Assembly (NCBI GenBank): GCA_046566145.1
Contig: JBKHXF010000032.1
Span: 78,036-142,035 of the forward strand
Length of the DNA stretch: 64,000 nucleotides
Source of the DNA: Actinomycetes bacterium
GTDB taxonomy: Bacteria; Actinomycetota; Nitriliruptoria; Nitriliruptorales; Nitriliruptoraceae
Direction of reading: 5' to 3'
Of the stretch, positions 19,765-28,754 are shown one piece after another; position 1 is the stretch's first letter, and each line of letters starts with the position of its first letter. The position numbers and the translations under genes are program-made. The notes beneath the pieces are model-generated. The model did not search any database. It was not told the DNA's origin and saw only the letters and a list, made by a program, of their open reading frames with translations.

Positions 19765-19811
19765 CCCTGAGAGGACCCTGAGAGACGGCCCGTGGCTCAG
19801 CGCACGCTCAG
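19765..19811. promoter_or_regulatory. Symmetric repeat array (2 x CCCTGAGAG, then 2 x GCTCAG) with 11-nt period
   Basis: CCCTGAGAG at 19765 and 19776; GCTCAG at 19795 and 19806. It lies between ilvA and the receiver-like gene. Confidence 0.45.
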
Positions 19812-19889
19812 GTCGGTGGCGCAGCATCCGCGGTGGGTCACGAGCCGCGTCCCCCGACGCGGGAGACCCTCGAGCGGTCGGGAGCGACG

Positions 19890-20270
19890 ATGACGTGGGC
19901 CTTCGACGAGCTCGTCCCGGTCCTGACCTGCGTGACGCCCATGACCGAGGTGGTGCTGGCGGCCGGCCTGCCCTCCCGCGGGCTCGAGGTGGTCGGGAAG
20001 GCGGACCGGGCGATCGAGCTCATCGAGCTGGCGGTGTCCCGACCGGACGGGGTGGCGGTCCTCGACCTGACCCTCGCCGGTCGCCTCGGGTTGCGTGCCA
20101 TCGACCTGCTGGCCTCGGTGTCGCCCGGCCTGCGGCTGGTCGTCGTGGTGCCCTTCCCCGGCCTGGTGGTTGATGCGCTCAGGCGCGGTGCAGACCGCGC
20201 CGTCCTGCTCGACGACGCCACCGGGCTCCTCGCTGCGGTCTCCGAGCTCCGGGTCGTCAGCGAGGTCTGA
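19890..20270 (+). CDS. Receiver-like (CheY-fold) single-domain protein lacking the N-terminal acidic pair
   Basis: GC3 is high. An alternating beta/alpha pattern is visible (VAVLDLTLAG, RLVVVVPF, GADRAVLLDD). There is no DD after beta-1. The family call is tentative. Confidence 0.45.
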   Translation: MTWAFDELVPVLTCVTPMTEVVLAAGLPSRGLEVVGKADRAIELIELAVSRPDGVAVLDLTLAGRLGLRAIDLLASVSPGLRLVVVVPFPGLVVDALRRGADRAVLLDDATGLLAAVSELRVVSEV

Positions 20271-20300
20271 CCGTCAGCGAGGTCCGGACGGCCGCCCGCC

Positions 20301-21608
20301 CTACCGGTCGTCGTGGCGACCCGGCGGCAGCCTGAGCGCGAACCGCGAGCCTCCTTCGAGGACCAGGTCCCCGCCGTGCGCCAGCGCCACGCCACGCGCG
20401 ATGGCCAGGCCGAGGCCGGAGCCCGACCCGTCCCCGTGGAAGCGCTCGAAGACGCGGGCACGGTGGGACTCCGGTACCCCGGGACCGTCGTCCTCGACCG
20501 TCACCACGACCTCGCCGGCCGGGCCCACGGTGGTCGTGACGGACACCTCGGTGCTCGCGAACCGGCGAGCGTTGTCCAGCAGGTTCCCGACCGCTTCGGC
20601 GACGGCCTCCGGACGGCCCCGCACGGTGACGGGGGCCGGGGCGTCGACGCGGACGGTGAGCTGCGGTGCGAGCGTGCGGAGCCGGTCCGCCTCCGACGCG
20701 ACCACGGCGGCCACGTCGAAGTCGGACCCGTCCGGCTGCTCGGGCTGGTCGAGCCGGCTGAGCTGGAGCAGGTCGGTCAACAGGTCGGCGCACCGGGCCG
20801 TCTCCCGGACCACGTTGAACAGCAGCCGGTCCCGTTCCGGACCGTCGGGGTCGCGGAGGATGACCTCGACGGACGCGCGGATGACCGAGATCGGGGTGCG
20901 CAGCTGGTGGGCCGCGTCGGCGAGGAACCGCTGCCCCCGCTCGTCGGCGGCCCGTGCGGTCGCAACGGCCTCCTCGAGCGACGCGACCATGCCATCGAAC
21001 GCGGTGGCCATGCGTCCGAGCTCGGTGGTCGGGTCGTCGGGGTCGATGCGCTCGTGGTGGGCCCCGGACCCGATCCGGTCGGCCGTGGCCGTCATGTCCT
21101 CGAGCGAGCGCAGCGTGTGCTCGGTGACGCGTCGGACCGCGATCCAGCCGAGCCCTCCCGTGGTCAGGAGCCCGATGAGCTGCAGGGCGATGAGCCGGTT
21201 GATGGTCGCGCGGATGCCGGACTCGCTGGCCAGCACCTCGACCCGGGTCCCGTCACCGCCGCTGAGCACGACCGTGCGGACCGGCCCGACCACGGCCCCG
21301 CCCGGCCCGGGGACCGGCAGCGCGGAGCTCCCGGTGGGCGCGGACGTGCGCACCTCGCCGTCGGGCAGGGTCACCACGGCGGGGATCCCGCTGCGGCGGA
21401 GCTGCTCGACCACGGCCTCGCCGGGGTGCTCCTCGAGCTCCCGGGCCGCGACGCCCGCACGGGCGTCGAGGAGCTCGTCGAGGCCGACGTCGAGCTGGGT
21501 CTGCAGCGCGAGCGTGACGGCCACGGCGACCAGGGTCTGGAGCAGGAGCACGACGGGGAGCAGGGCCCGGACCTGACGGGCCCGCAGGCTCGGCGTGGGC
21601 GTCGTCAC
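20301..21608 (-). CDS. Sensor histidine kinase (HAMP-HisKA-HATPase)
   Basis: H-box FLADAAHQLRTPISVI and N/G boxes (NLLDNARRF, DDGPGV, GSGLGLAI). The GTG start overlaps the upstream response-regulator stop (GTGA). Confidence 0.88.
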   Translation of the reverse strand: MTTPTPSLRARQVRALLPVVLLLQTLVAVAVTLALQTQLDVGLDELLDARAGVAARELEEHPGEAVVEQLRRSGIPAVVTLPDGEVRTSAPTGSSALPVPGPGGAVVGPVRTVVLSGGDGTRVEVLASESGIRATINRLIALQLIGLLTTGGLGWIAVRRVTEHTLRSLEDMTATADRIGSGAHHERIDPDDPTTELGRMATAFDGMVASLEEAVATARAADERGQRFLADAAHQLRTPISVIRASVEVILRDPDGPERDRLLFNVVRETARCADLLTDLLQLSRLDQPEQPDGSDFDVAAVVASEADRLRTLAPQLTVRVDAPAPVTVRGRPEAVAEAVGNLLDNARRFASTEVSVTTTVGPAGEVVVTVEDDGPGVPESHRARVFERFHGDGSGSGLGLAIARGVALAHGGDLVLEGGSRFALRLPPGRHDDR

Positions 21609-22282
21609 GCGCGCAGCGAGTAGCCGACGCCGCGGATGGTCTGGATGTTGCGTGTCCCGTTGAGCTCGAGCTTGCGCCGGAGCGTGCTGACGTACACCTC
21701 CACGAGGTTCGGGTCGTACTCGTCGAAGCCCCACACCATGGACAGCAGCTGCGCCTTGCTGAGGATGTTGCCGGCGTGGGTGGCGAGGGCGAGGAGCAGG
21801 TCGAACTCGGTGCGGGTCAGCTCGACCTCGTCGCCGTCGCGGTGGACACTGCGGGCCTGCTCGTCGATGACCAGGTCGCCCACGGTGAGCGGTCCGCCGT
21901 CCTCGACCCCACTGCGACGGAGGATGGCCCGGATGCGGACGGCGAGCTCCGCGAGCGCGACCGGCTTGACGAGGTAGTCGTCCGCGCCGGCCCGGAAGCC
22001 CGCGAGCCGGTCCTCGAGTCCGTCCGCCGCGGTCAGGAACACGATGGGCAGGTCGACCACGGCGCGCAGCCGCTCGGCCACCCCGAGCCCGGACGGTCCC
22101 TCGGCGAGCCGGACGTCGAGCACGACGAGGTCGGGCCGGAACGCCGCGGCCACCGTCACGATGTCGAGGCCGTCCCGGCGCAGGTCGACCTCGAAGCCCT
22201 CGGCCCGCAGGCCGAGCGCGAGCGCCTCACCCAGGGCGACGTCGTCCTCGACCAGCAGCACCCGGTGCGCCCGCCCCGCCAC
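21605..22282 (-). CDS. OmpR-family response regulator
   Basis: Receiver domain (LLVEDD, LVVLDVRL, KP) plus winged-helix domain (LTRTEFDLL, VYVSTLRRKL, TIRGVGY). Confidence 0.92.
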   Translation of the reverse strand: MAGRAHRVLLVEDDVALGEALALGLRAEGFEVDLRRDGLDIVTVAAAFRPDLVVLDVRLAEGPSGLGVAERLRAVVDLPIVFLTAADGLEDRLAGFRAGADDYLVKPVALAELAVRIRAILRRSGVEDGGPLTVGDLVIDEQARSVHRDGDEVELTRTEFDLLLALATHAGNILSKAQLLSMVWGFDEYDPNLVEVYVSTLRRKLELNGTRNIQTIRGVGYSLRA

Positions 22283-22292
22283 GTCCCCGCCC

Positions 22293-24314
22293 CTACGCCG
22301 GCTGCAGGCGGTCGGCCGCCAGCTCGGCGACGTGGACGAGCACGTCGGTCAGCTCGAAGTCCTTCGGCGTGAACACGGCCGCGACGCCGGCGGCGCGCAG
22401 CGTCTCGGCGTCGTCGCGCGGGATGATGCCGCCGGCGACGACCGGGACTTCGTGCCCCGCGGCCCGCAGCCCCTCGACGACCTGCGGCACGAGCGCCATG
22501 TGCGAGCCCGACAGGATCGAGAGGCCCACGACGTGGACGTCCTCGTCGACCGCGGTGCGGACGATCTGGTCGGGGGTGAGGCGGATCCCCTCGTAGATGA
22601 CCTCCATCCCGAGGTCGCGCGCCCGGATCGCGACCTGCTCGGCACCGTTGGAGTGCCCGTCGAGCCCGGGCTTGCCGACGAGGATGCGGAGCTTGCGCCC
22701 GAGGCGCTCCTCCACCGCGCGGACGCGCTCGCGCCCGGCGGTGAGCTTCTCGCCCAGGGGGCCGCCGCCGGCGAGCGCCCGGTCGGACACGCCGGTCGGG
22801 CCGCGGTACTCGCCGAACAGCTCACGCATCGTCCCAGCCCATTCGCCGGTGGTGACACCGGCGCGGGCGCAGACGATCGAGGCCGGCACCAGGTTCTCGT
22901 CGGCCTCGGCCGCGCGTCGCAGCTCGGCGAGCGCGGCCTCGACGGCCGCGTCGTCGCGGCGCTCGCGGTGGGCGGCGAGCCGTTCGAGCTGCTCGACCTC
23001 CGCGGCGTCGTCGACCTTGAGGATGCCGCCCTCCTCGTCCACGAGCGGCGAGTCCGACCCCGTGGTGAAGGCGTTCACGCCGATGACCTGCAGGTCGCCG
23101 CCCTCGATGCGGCGCAGCCGCTCGGCGTTGGAGCGGACCAGCTCGGCCTTCATGTGCTCGACGGCCTCGAGCGCCCCACCGAGCGAGAGGACCTCCTCGA
23201 GCTCCGCCCACGCGGCGTCGCGGATCTCGGCCACCTTCGCGTCCATCACCTTCGACCCCTCGAACAGGTCGGGGTACTCGAGCAGGTCGGTCTCGAAGGC
23301 CAGCACCTGCTGCATCCGCAGCGAGAGCTGCTGGTCCCACGGGCGAGGCAGGCCGAGCGCCTCGTTCCACGCCGGCAGCTGCACGGCGCGGGCACGGGCG
23401 TCCCGTGAGAGGGTCACCCCGAGCATCTCCACCAGGATGCGGGCGATGTTGTTCTCGGGCTGCTGCTCGGTCAGGCCGAGCGAGTTCACCTGCACGCCGT
23501 AGCGGAAGCGCTTCAGCTTCGGGTCGGTCACGCCGTAGCGCTCCGTCGCGATGCGGTCCCACAGCTCGGTGAAGGCCCGCATCTTCGCGGTCTCTTCGAT
23601 GAAGCGGATCCCGGCGTTGACGAAGAAGGAGATCCGGCCGACCACCTGCGGGAAGCGGTCCTCGGGGACCTCGCCCCGCTCCTTCACCGTGTCGAGCACG
23701 GCGATGGCGTTGGCCAGCGCGTAGGCGACCTCCTGCACCGGCGTCGCGCCGGCCTCCTGCAGGTGGTAGCTGCAGATGTTGATCGGGTTCCACGACGGGA
23801 TGTGCTCCACCGTGTACGCGATCATGTCGGCGATGAGCTTGAGGCTCGGCCCCGGCGGGAACGCGTAGGTCCCGCGGGACAGGTACTCCTTGATGATGTC
23901 GTTCTGCGTGGTGCCGTTGAGCTTGGTCGTGTCGGCGCCCTGCTCCTCGGCGACGGCCACGTAGAGCGCGAGCAGCCACATCGCGGTCGCGTTGATCGTC
24001 ATCGACGTGTTCATCTGTTCGAGCGGGATCCCGTCGAACAGCGTGCGCATGTCATCGATCGAGGTGACGGGCACGCCGACCTTGCCCACCTCCCCGCGGG
24101 CCAGCACGTGGTCGGAGTCGTAGCCCGTCTGGGTGGGGAGGTCGAAGGCGACCGACAGGCCGGTCTGCCCCTTCGCGAGGTTCGTCCGGTAGAGCTCGTT
24201 CGACGCGGCGGCGGACGAGTGGCCCGAGTAGGTGCGCATCAGCCACGGGCGGTCGCGCTCCGGGAGGGCAGCGCCGGCGGGTGGCGGGGTGGACGGGGCG
24301 GGCTGGTCTGCCAT
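22293..24314 (-). CDS. meaA: B12-dependent acyl-CoA mutase with fused B12 domain, MeaA/ethylmalonyl-CoA mutase-like
   Basis: 673 aa with LMRTYSGHSSAAASNELYRTNLAKGQTGLSVAFDLPTQTGYDSDH. The C-terminus carries KPGLDGHSNGAEQV (DxHxxG). ATG at 24314. Confidence 0.82.
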   Translation of the reverse strand: MADQPAPSTPPPAGAALPERDRPWLMRTYSGHSSAAASNELYRTNLAKGQTGLSVAFDLPTQTGYDSDHVLARGEVGKVGVPVTSIDDMRTLFDGIPLEQMNTSMTINATAMWLLALYVAVAEEQGADTTKLNGTTQNDIIKEYLSRGTYAFPPGPSLKLIADMIAYTVEHIPSWNPINICSYHLQEAGATPVQEVAYALANAIAVLDTVKERGEVPEDRFPQVVGRISFFVNAGIRFIEETAKMRAFTELWDRIATERYGVTDPKLKRFRYGVQVNSLGLTEQQPENNIARILVEMLGVTLSRDARARAVQLPAWNEALGLPRPWDQQLSLRMQQVLAFETDLLEYPDLFEGSKVMDAKVAEIRDAAWAELEEVLSLGGALEAVEHMKAELVRSNAERLRRIEGGDLQVIGVNAFTTGSDSPLVDEEGGILKVDDAAEVEQLERLAAHRERRDDAAVEAALAELRRAAEADENLVPASIVCARAGVTTGEWAGTMRELFGEYRGPTGVSDRALAGGGPLGEKLTAGRERVRAVEERLGRKLRILVGKPGLDGHSNGAEQVAIRARDLGMEVIYEGIRLTPDQIVRTAVDEDVHVVGLSILSGSHMALVPQVVEGLRAAGHEVPVVAGGIIPRDDAETLRAAGVAAVFTPKDFELTDVLVHVAELAADRLQPA

Positions 24315-24553
24315 CTGGTGTGGACCTCGCGCGATCGGGGCCCCGGTGGGGCGCGGGAGCGGCCGGTCCGGCTCCGACGGGGCAGGATACGTGGGCGGGT
24401 GGCGCACGGGGAACCCGGCTCTCGGGTGGGAGCTCGGCGGCCGCTCTGGCACCCTGTCCACGCCGGCGCGGCACCGGTCGCCCCCGCGGGGCGCCTCCTC
24501 CCGCCGCCCGCCCGTGCTCCCGAGCCCTCCCCGCCCCCTGAGGTCGTCCCGCC

Positions 24554-25558
24554 GTGTCCCGCCGTCCCGCCCGCCCACTCCGCGCGCTGCTGGTGCTCCT
24601 CGCCAGCGCCCTGGTGCCGGCCACGGCCGTCGCGCAGGACATCGAGCAGGTCGAGGAGCAGGTCGAGGAGCTCGAGACCCGGGTCGCCGACGCGACCGCC
24701 GCCTACGAGGACGTCTGGGCCCGCGTGAACGCCGCCGAGGCGGAGCTCGAGGACCTCGAGGCGCGCACCGCCGCGCTCGAGGAGCGGGCCGCGGAGGTCG
24801 CGGACGCGCTGGGCCTGCGGGCCCGCGAGGCGTTCAAGCGGGGTGCCGACACGGTGCTCACCTCGATGCTCACGGCGGAGGGGCCCGCCGGCGCCGTCGA
24901 GCGCGCGAGCCTGATGGCCGCCGTGACCGAGCGGGACGAGGGGTCGCTGGAGCAGGCCACGGCGCTGCGCACCCAGGCGGCGCAGGCCCGCATCCTGCTC
25001 GACCGCCGGCGCGAGGAGCTCGCGGTGCTGCGCGACGAGCTCGACGCCCGTCGGGTCGCGCTCGAGTCCGACCTGTCCAGCGCCCGCGACCGGCTCTCCT
25101 CGCTCGAGCGCATCGAGGCCCGCAAGCGCACCATCAACCGGGGTGCCCAGAACGGCACCTACGCCTGCATCTTCGACCGGCCCTTCAACTTCCGGGACAC
25201 CTGGGGTGCCCCCCGCTCCGGCGGGCGCAGCCACAAGGGCACCGACGTCTTCTCGTTCATGGACGCGCCGACCTACGCGTTCACGTCGGGTCGCATCTCC
25301 CGGATCACGAACTCCCGGCTCGGTGGTCTCGGCATCTACCTCTTCGGCGACGACGGCAACGAGTACTACTACGCCCACATCAACGGGGTCGCGCCGGGGA
25401 TCGGCGTCGGCAGCCGGGTCGACGCCGGGCAGCTGATCGCCTTCAACGGCGACACGGGCAACGCGCGCGGTGGCCCGCCGCACGTCCACTTCGAGAACCA
25501 CCCGGGCGGGGGCGCCGCGATCAACCCCTACCCGTGGCTCGCGGCGGCCTGCTTCTGA
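24554..25558 (+). CDS. Secreted M23-family metallopeptidase with N-terminal coiled coil
   Basis: Signal peptide LLVLLASALVPATAVA, a long heptad region, and HKGTDV ... HVHFE catalytic motifs. Confidence 0.85.
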   Translation: MSRRPARPLRALLVLLASALVPATAVAQDIEQVEEQVEELETRVADATAAYEDVWARVNAAEAELEDLEARTAALEERAAEVADALGLRAREAFKRGADTVLTSMLTAEGPAGAVERASLMAAVTERDEGSLEQATALRTQAAQARILLDRRREELAVLRDELDARRVALESDLSSARDRLSSLERIEARKRTINRGAQNGTYACIFDRPFNFRDTWGAPRSGGRSHKGTDVFSFMDAPTYAFTSGRISRITNSRLGGLGIYLFGDDGNEYYYAHINGVAPGIGVGSRVDAGQLIAFNGDTGNARGGPPHVHFENHPGGGAAINPYPWLAAACF

Positions 25559-25989
25559 TGCCCCTCGCCGTCGTCGCGGCCATCGCCGCCGGGACGTTCA
25601 TCGCGGTGCAGACCCTGCTCATCGGCGGGTTCGGGACGCGCACCAGCCCGCTGGCGGTCGCGCTGTGGGTGCACGTGGCCGGGACGGTCACCGCGCTCGT
25701 GGCGGTGCTGCTCGCCGGCGACGGGTTCGGCCTCGCCGCCGTGCGCGCCGCGCCGGTCGGGCTCCTCGCCGGGGTGGCCGGCGTCGGGATCGTGACGTCC
25801 ATCGCGATCGCCGTCGCCCCGCTCGGGCTGGCCGCCACGCTCGCGGTGGTCACCGGGGTGCAACTGCTGCTCGCGTTCGCCCTCGAGGCTGCCGGCGTGG
25901 GGGGCCCGCGCGTGCCTCTCGACCCGCTGCGGCTGGTCGGGGCGGCGCTGCTGGTGGTCGGGGTGCTGCTCGTCTTCGGTCGGCGCTAG
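25558..25989 (+). CDS. Small DMT-superfamily (DUF606-like) membrane protein
   Basis: 143 aa with 4-5 TM helices. The ATG overlaps the M23 stop (TGATG). Confidence 0.6.
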   Translation: MPLAVVAAIAAGTFIAVQTLLIGGFGTRTSPLAVALWVHVAGTVTALVAVLLAGDGFGLAAVRAAPVGLLAGVAGVGIVTSIAIAVAPLGLAATLAVVTGVQLLLAFALEAAGVGGPRVPLDPLRLVGAALLVVGVLLVFGRR

Positions 25990-25992
25990 GGC

Positions 25993-26592
25993 TCACTCGA
26001 CCCGGACGGCCAGCAGCACGCCGGTCGCGATCGGCAGGACCGACACGGCCACGCGGAAGTCCTCCGCGGCGTGGCGGGCCAGCGCCCGGCCCTCGTCCGT
26101 CAGCGCGTGCTGGGCGACGAGCAACCCCCCGACGCGCAGGCGCGGGACGGCCGCCTCGTGCGCCGCCGGCGCCGGCGGCAGGCCCACGTGGACGAGGTCG
26201 AGGGATCCCTCGGCGTGGTCGGCGAGCACGGCGACCGGGTCATCGGTCGCGGTCGCCTCGACGCGCTCCCACAGTTCCATCCGCCGCAGGGCCTGCTCGG
26301 CCACCGCGACGTCGTCGGGCGCGCCGGCGGTGTGCACGCGGCCATGCTCCCCGACCCCCCGGGCGAGCCAGTGGGCCGCGGCGCCGAGACCCGTGCCGAG
26401 GTCCACGACGCGCTGCGCACCGCCGGCGCGGGCCAGCACCTCGAGCAGCCGCCCGACGGCGTGGTCGAGCAGGTCCCTCCCCGTCTCGCGGGCCCGGATG
26501 CCGAGCTCGGTGAGCACCTGGTGGTCGTGCTCCTGGTGGGCGAGGTCGGTCATCCAGCCGGCGAGGGCGGGGTCGAGGTGGTCGGAGGGCAC
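25993..26592 (-). CDS. Class I SAM-dependent (O-)methyltransferase
   Basis: Motif I VVDLGTGLGAAAHWLA. Starts at GTG 26592; an alternative ATG lies at 26553. Confidence 0.7.
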   Translation of the reverse strand: MPSDHLDPALAGWMTDLAHQEHDHQVLTELGIRARETGRDLLDHAVGRLLEVLARAGGAQRVVDLGTGLGAAAHWLARGVGEHGRVHTAGAPDDVAVAEQALRRMELWERVEATATDDPVAVLADHAEGSLDLVHVGLPPAPAAHEAAVPRLRVGGLLVAQHALTDEGRALARHAAEDFRVAVSVLPIATGVLLAVRVE

Positions 26593-26633
26593 GGGGCACG
26601 TCCGTTCGGCTGCGGAGGCACGTCGTCGGCCGG

Positions 26634-26639
26634 AGGCTA
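26634..26639 (-). promoter_or_regulatory. -10-like hexamer TAGCCT (minus strand) upstream of the methyltransferase gene
   Basis: 41 nt upstream of the GTG at 26592. It sits back-to-back with the plus-strand hexamer at 26645. Confidence 0.3.
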
Positions 26640-26644
26640 CGGCG

Positions 26645-26650
26645 TAGGCT
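26645..26650 (+). promoter_or_regulatory. -10-like hexamer TAGGCT upstream of the NYN gene
   Basis: TAGGCTCGCGGAC, followed by the AT-richest patch of this intergenic region. Confidence 0.35.
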
Positions 26651-26727
26651 CGCGGACGTTTCCACACATTGGTCCGTTGCCGCGACCCGGTCCGTCCGGG
26701 CGTGGCGCAGAAGCGAGGAGCGCCGCC

Positions 26728-27309
26728 GTGGGTCGCCACGTGCTCGTCTGGGACGCGCCCAACATCGACATGACGCTGTCGAACATCATCGACGGCAAGC
26801 CGACGCCCGCCACCCGACCCGACCTCGCCCGCCTCGGTGAGTGGCTCGTCGACCGGGCCGACGACCCCGGGGACGTCGAGGCGAGCGTGTTCGTCAACGT
26901 CCCCGCCCACGTCGCCGGGCCGATGCGCGGCTGGGTCCTGTGGCTGCTGGAGGAGGGCTACCGGGTCTTCGCGAAGCCGAAGGACGGCGACTCCGACGTC
27001 GACGACGACATGCTCGACCACCTCGACGCCTCGTTCGACCGGGGCGACCTCGAGGCCATCTACGTCGGTTCGAACGACGCGAAGGCGTTCCTCGAGCCGC
27101 TGAAGGGCTTCGCCCAGGACGGCGTCGCGGTCCACGTGCTCGGGTTCGCCGAGTACGCCGGCGGGCTGTCGACGGCCGACGGGGTCGAGTTCATCGACCT
27201 CGAGGACATCACCGGGCTGTTCGAGGTCGCGCTGCCGCGCCTCACCCTCACGAACCTGCCGATCGACGGTCGCTGGTTCGAGCCGACCGGCCGCCTCGGC
27301 AGCCGCTGA
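26728..27309 (+). CDS. NYN/LabA-like domain protein
   Basis: VLVWDAPNIDM N-terminus with acidic residues spaced as in PIN-like NYN domains. GAGGAG Shine-Dalgarno sequence upstream. Confidence 0.6.
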   Translation: MGRHVLVWDAPNIDMTLSNIIDGKPTPATRPDLARLGEWLVDRADDPGDVEASVFVNVPAHVAGPMRGWVLWLLEEGYRVFAKPKDGDSDVDDDMLDHLDASFDRGDLEAIYVGSNDAKAFLEPLKGFAQDGVAVHVLGFAEYAGGLSTADGVEFIDLEDITGLFEVALPRLTLTNLPIDGRWFEPTGRLGSR

Positions 27310-27337
27310 CGGGCCGACCCCGGCCGGGCCGCTCGCG

Positions 27338-28717
27338 TCAGGGGAGCGGCTCGAGCCGGGCGGTGAAGTGCCGCAGCCAGCGGGGCTGCTCGACCACCCG
27401 GTAGCCCCGCAGCTCCGCGGCCCGCTCGGCCACGCTCGCGATCACCTCGCCGACGTAGTCGACGTGGCTCTGGGTGTACATGCGCCGCGGCAGGGCGAGC
27501 CGGACGAGCTCGTGTGGTGCCGGCGCGTCCGGGCCGCCGTCCGGGTCGGGCCGCCCGAACATCAGCGTCCCGATCTCGACCCCGCGGACCCCGCCCTCGA
27601 GGTACAGCTCGTTCGCGAGCGCCTGCGCCGGCAGCTCGTGCGGGGCGATGTGGGGCAGCAGCGCGCCGGCGTCGAGGTACACCGCGTGGCCACCGGGCGG
27701 GCGCACGGTCGGCACCCCGGCCTCCCACGCCTTCTCGGCGAGGTACTCGGCGGTGCGGACCCGGTAGCGCAGGTAGTCGGGGTCGGTCACCTCGACCAGC
27801 CCGACCGCGAGGGCGTCGAGGTCTCGGCCGGCGAGGCCGCCGTAGGTCGGGAAGCCCTCGGTGAGGATCAGGTCGTCGCGGCAGCGTGCGGCCAGCTCAG
27901 GGTCCTGCATCGCGAGCAGGCCGCCGATGTTCGCGAGGCCGTCCTTCTTGAGGCTGATCGTGCAGCCGTCGGCGAGGCGGAACACCTCCTTCGCGATGTC
28001 GCGCGGGTGGCGGTCACCCTGCCCGTCCTCGCGCTCCCGGATGAACCACGCGTTCTCGGCGAAGCGGCAGGCGTCGAGGAAGAACGGGGTGTCGTACCGG
28101 TCGCACAGCTCCCGCACGCCGCGCAGGTTCTCGAGGCTGACGGGCTGCCCGCCGCCCGAGTTGTTGGTGATCGTCACCATCACGACCGGCACGCGGTGGC
28201 CCTCGTCACGCAGCAGCGCCTCGAGCGCCTCGAGGTCGACGTTGCCCTTGAACGGGGCCTCCACCTGCAGGTCCCGCCCCTCGGCGCACACCAGGTCACG
28301 CGCCTCGGCGCCCTGGAACTCGACGTTCGCGCGGGTGGTGTCGAAGTGGGTGTTGTTCGGGATGACGTCGCCCTCGGTGGCGATCGCCCCGAACAGGATC
28401 CGCTCCGCCGCGCGGCCCTGGTGCGTCGGGATGACCTCGGCGTACCCGGTCAGCTCCTGCACCACGTCCCGGAAGCGCTCGAACGAGCGTGCGCCGGCGT
28501 ACGACTCGTCGCCGCGCATGATCGCCGCCCACTGCTCGCTCGACATCGCCCCGGTGCCGGAGTCGGTGAGCAGGTCGATGATCACGTCCTCCGCCCGCAG
28601 CGAGAAGAGGTTCCAGCCGGCCGCCGAGAGCAGGCCCTCGCGCTCCTCGCGGGTGGTGAACCGGATCGGCTCGACCGACTTGATGCGGAAGGGCTCGATG
28701 ATGGTGTGGGTCGGCAC
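27338..28717 (-). CDS. tnaA: Beta-eliminating lyase: tryptophanase / tyrosine phenol-lyase family
   Basis: 459 aa with EPFRIKSVE, DLLTDSGTGAMS and the PLP-lysine motif SLKKDGLANIGGLL. The substrate (Trp or Tyr) cannot be decided by eye. Confidence 0.85.
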   Translation of the reverse strand: MPTHTIIEPFRIKSVEPIRFTTREEREGLLSAAGWNLFSLRAEDVIIDLLTDSGTGAMSSEQWAAIMRGDESYAGARSFERFRDVVQELTGYAEVIPTHQGRAAERILFGAIATEGDVIPNNTHFDTTRANVEFQGAEARDLVCAEGRDLQVEAPFKGNVDLEALEALLRDEGHRVPVVMVTITNNSGGGQPVSLENLRGVRELCDRYDTPFFLDACRFAENAWFIREREDGQGDRHPRDIAKEVFRLADGCTISLKKDGLANIGGLLAMQDPELAARCRDDLILTEGFPTYGGLAGRDLDALAVGLVEVTDPDYLRYRVRTAEYLAEKAWEAGVPTVRPPGGHAVYLDAGALLPHIAPHELPAQALANELYLEGGVRGVEIGTLMFGRPDPDGGPDAPAPHELVRLALPRRMYTQSHVDYVGEVIASVAERAAELRGYRVVEQPRWLRHFTARLEPLP

Positions 28718-28748
28718 GGCGTAGCTCCCGGGGTGGCGGCGGGCGACC

Positions 28749-28754
28749 AGCCTA
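28749..28754 (-). promoter_or_regulatory. -10-like hexamer TAGGCT (minus strand) upstream of the tryptophanase-family gene
   Basis: 31 nt upstream of the start at 28717. It overlaps the SARP stop codon. Confidence 0.3.

Noticed and set aside
24315-24553. Possible riboswitch in the 240-nt gap between the mutase gene and the M23 peptidase gene (c-di-AMP/ydaO-type for the peptidase, cobalamin-type for the mutase)
   Set aside because: ACGGGGAACCC superficially resembles part of a ydaO core, but I could not find the other conserved blocks (GGGGUGAAUC, CAGCUAACC). The cobalamin B12-box/GCCACUG elements are also absent on both strands. A covariance-model scan (Rfam/Infernal) would settle this.
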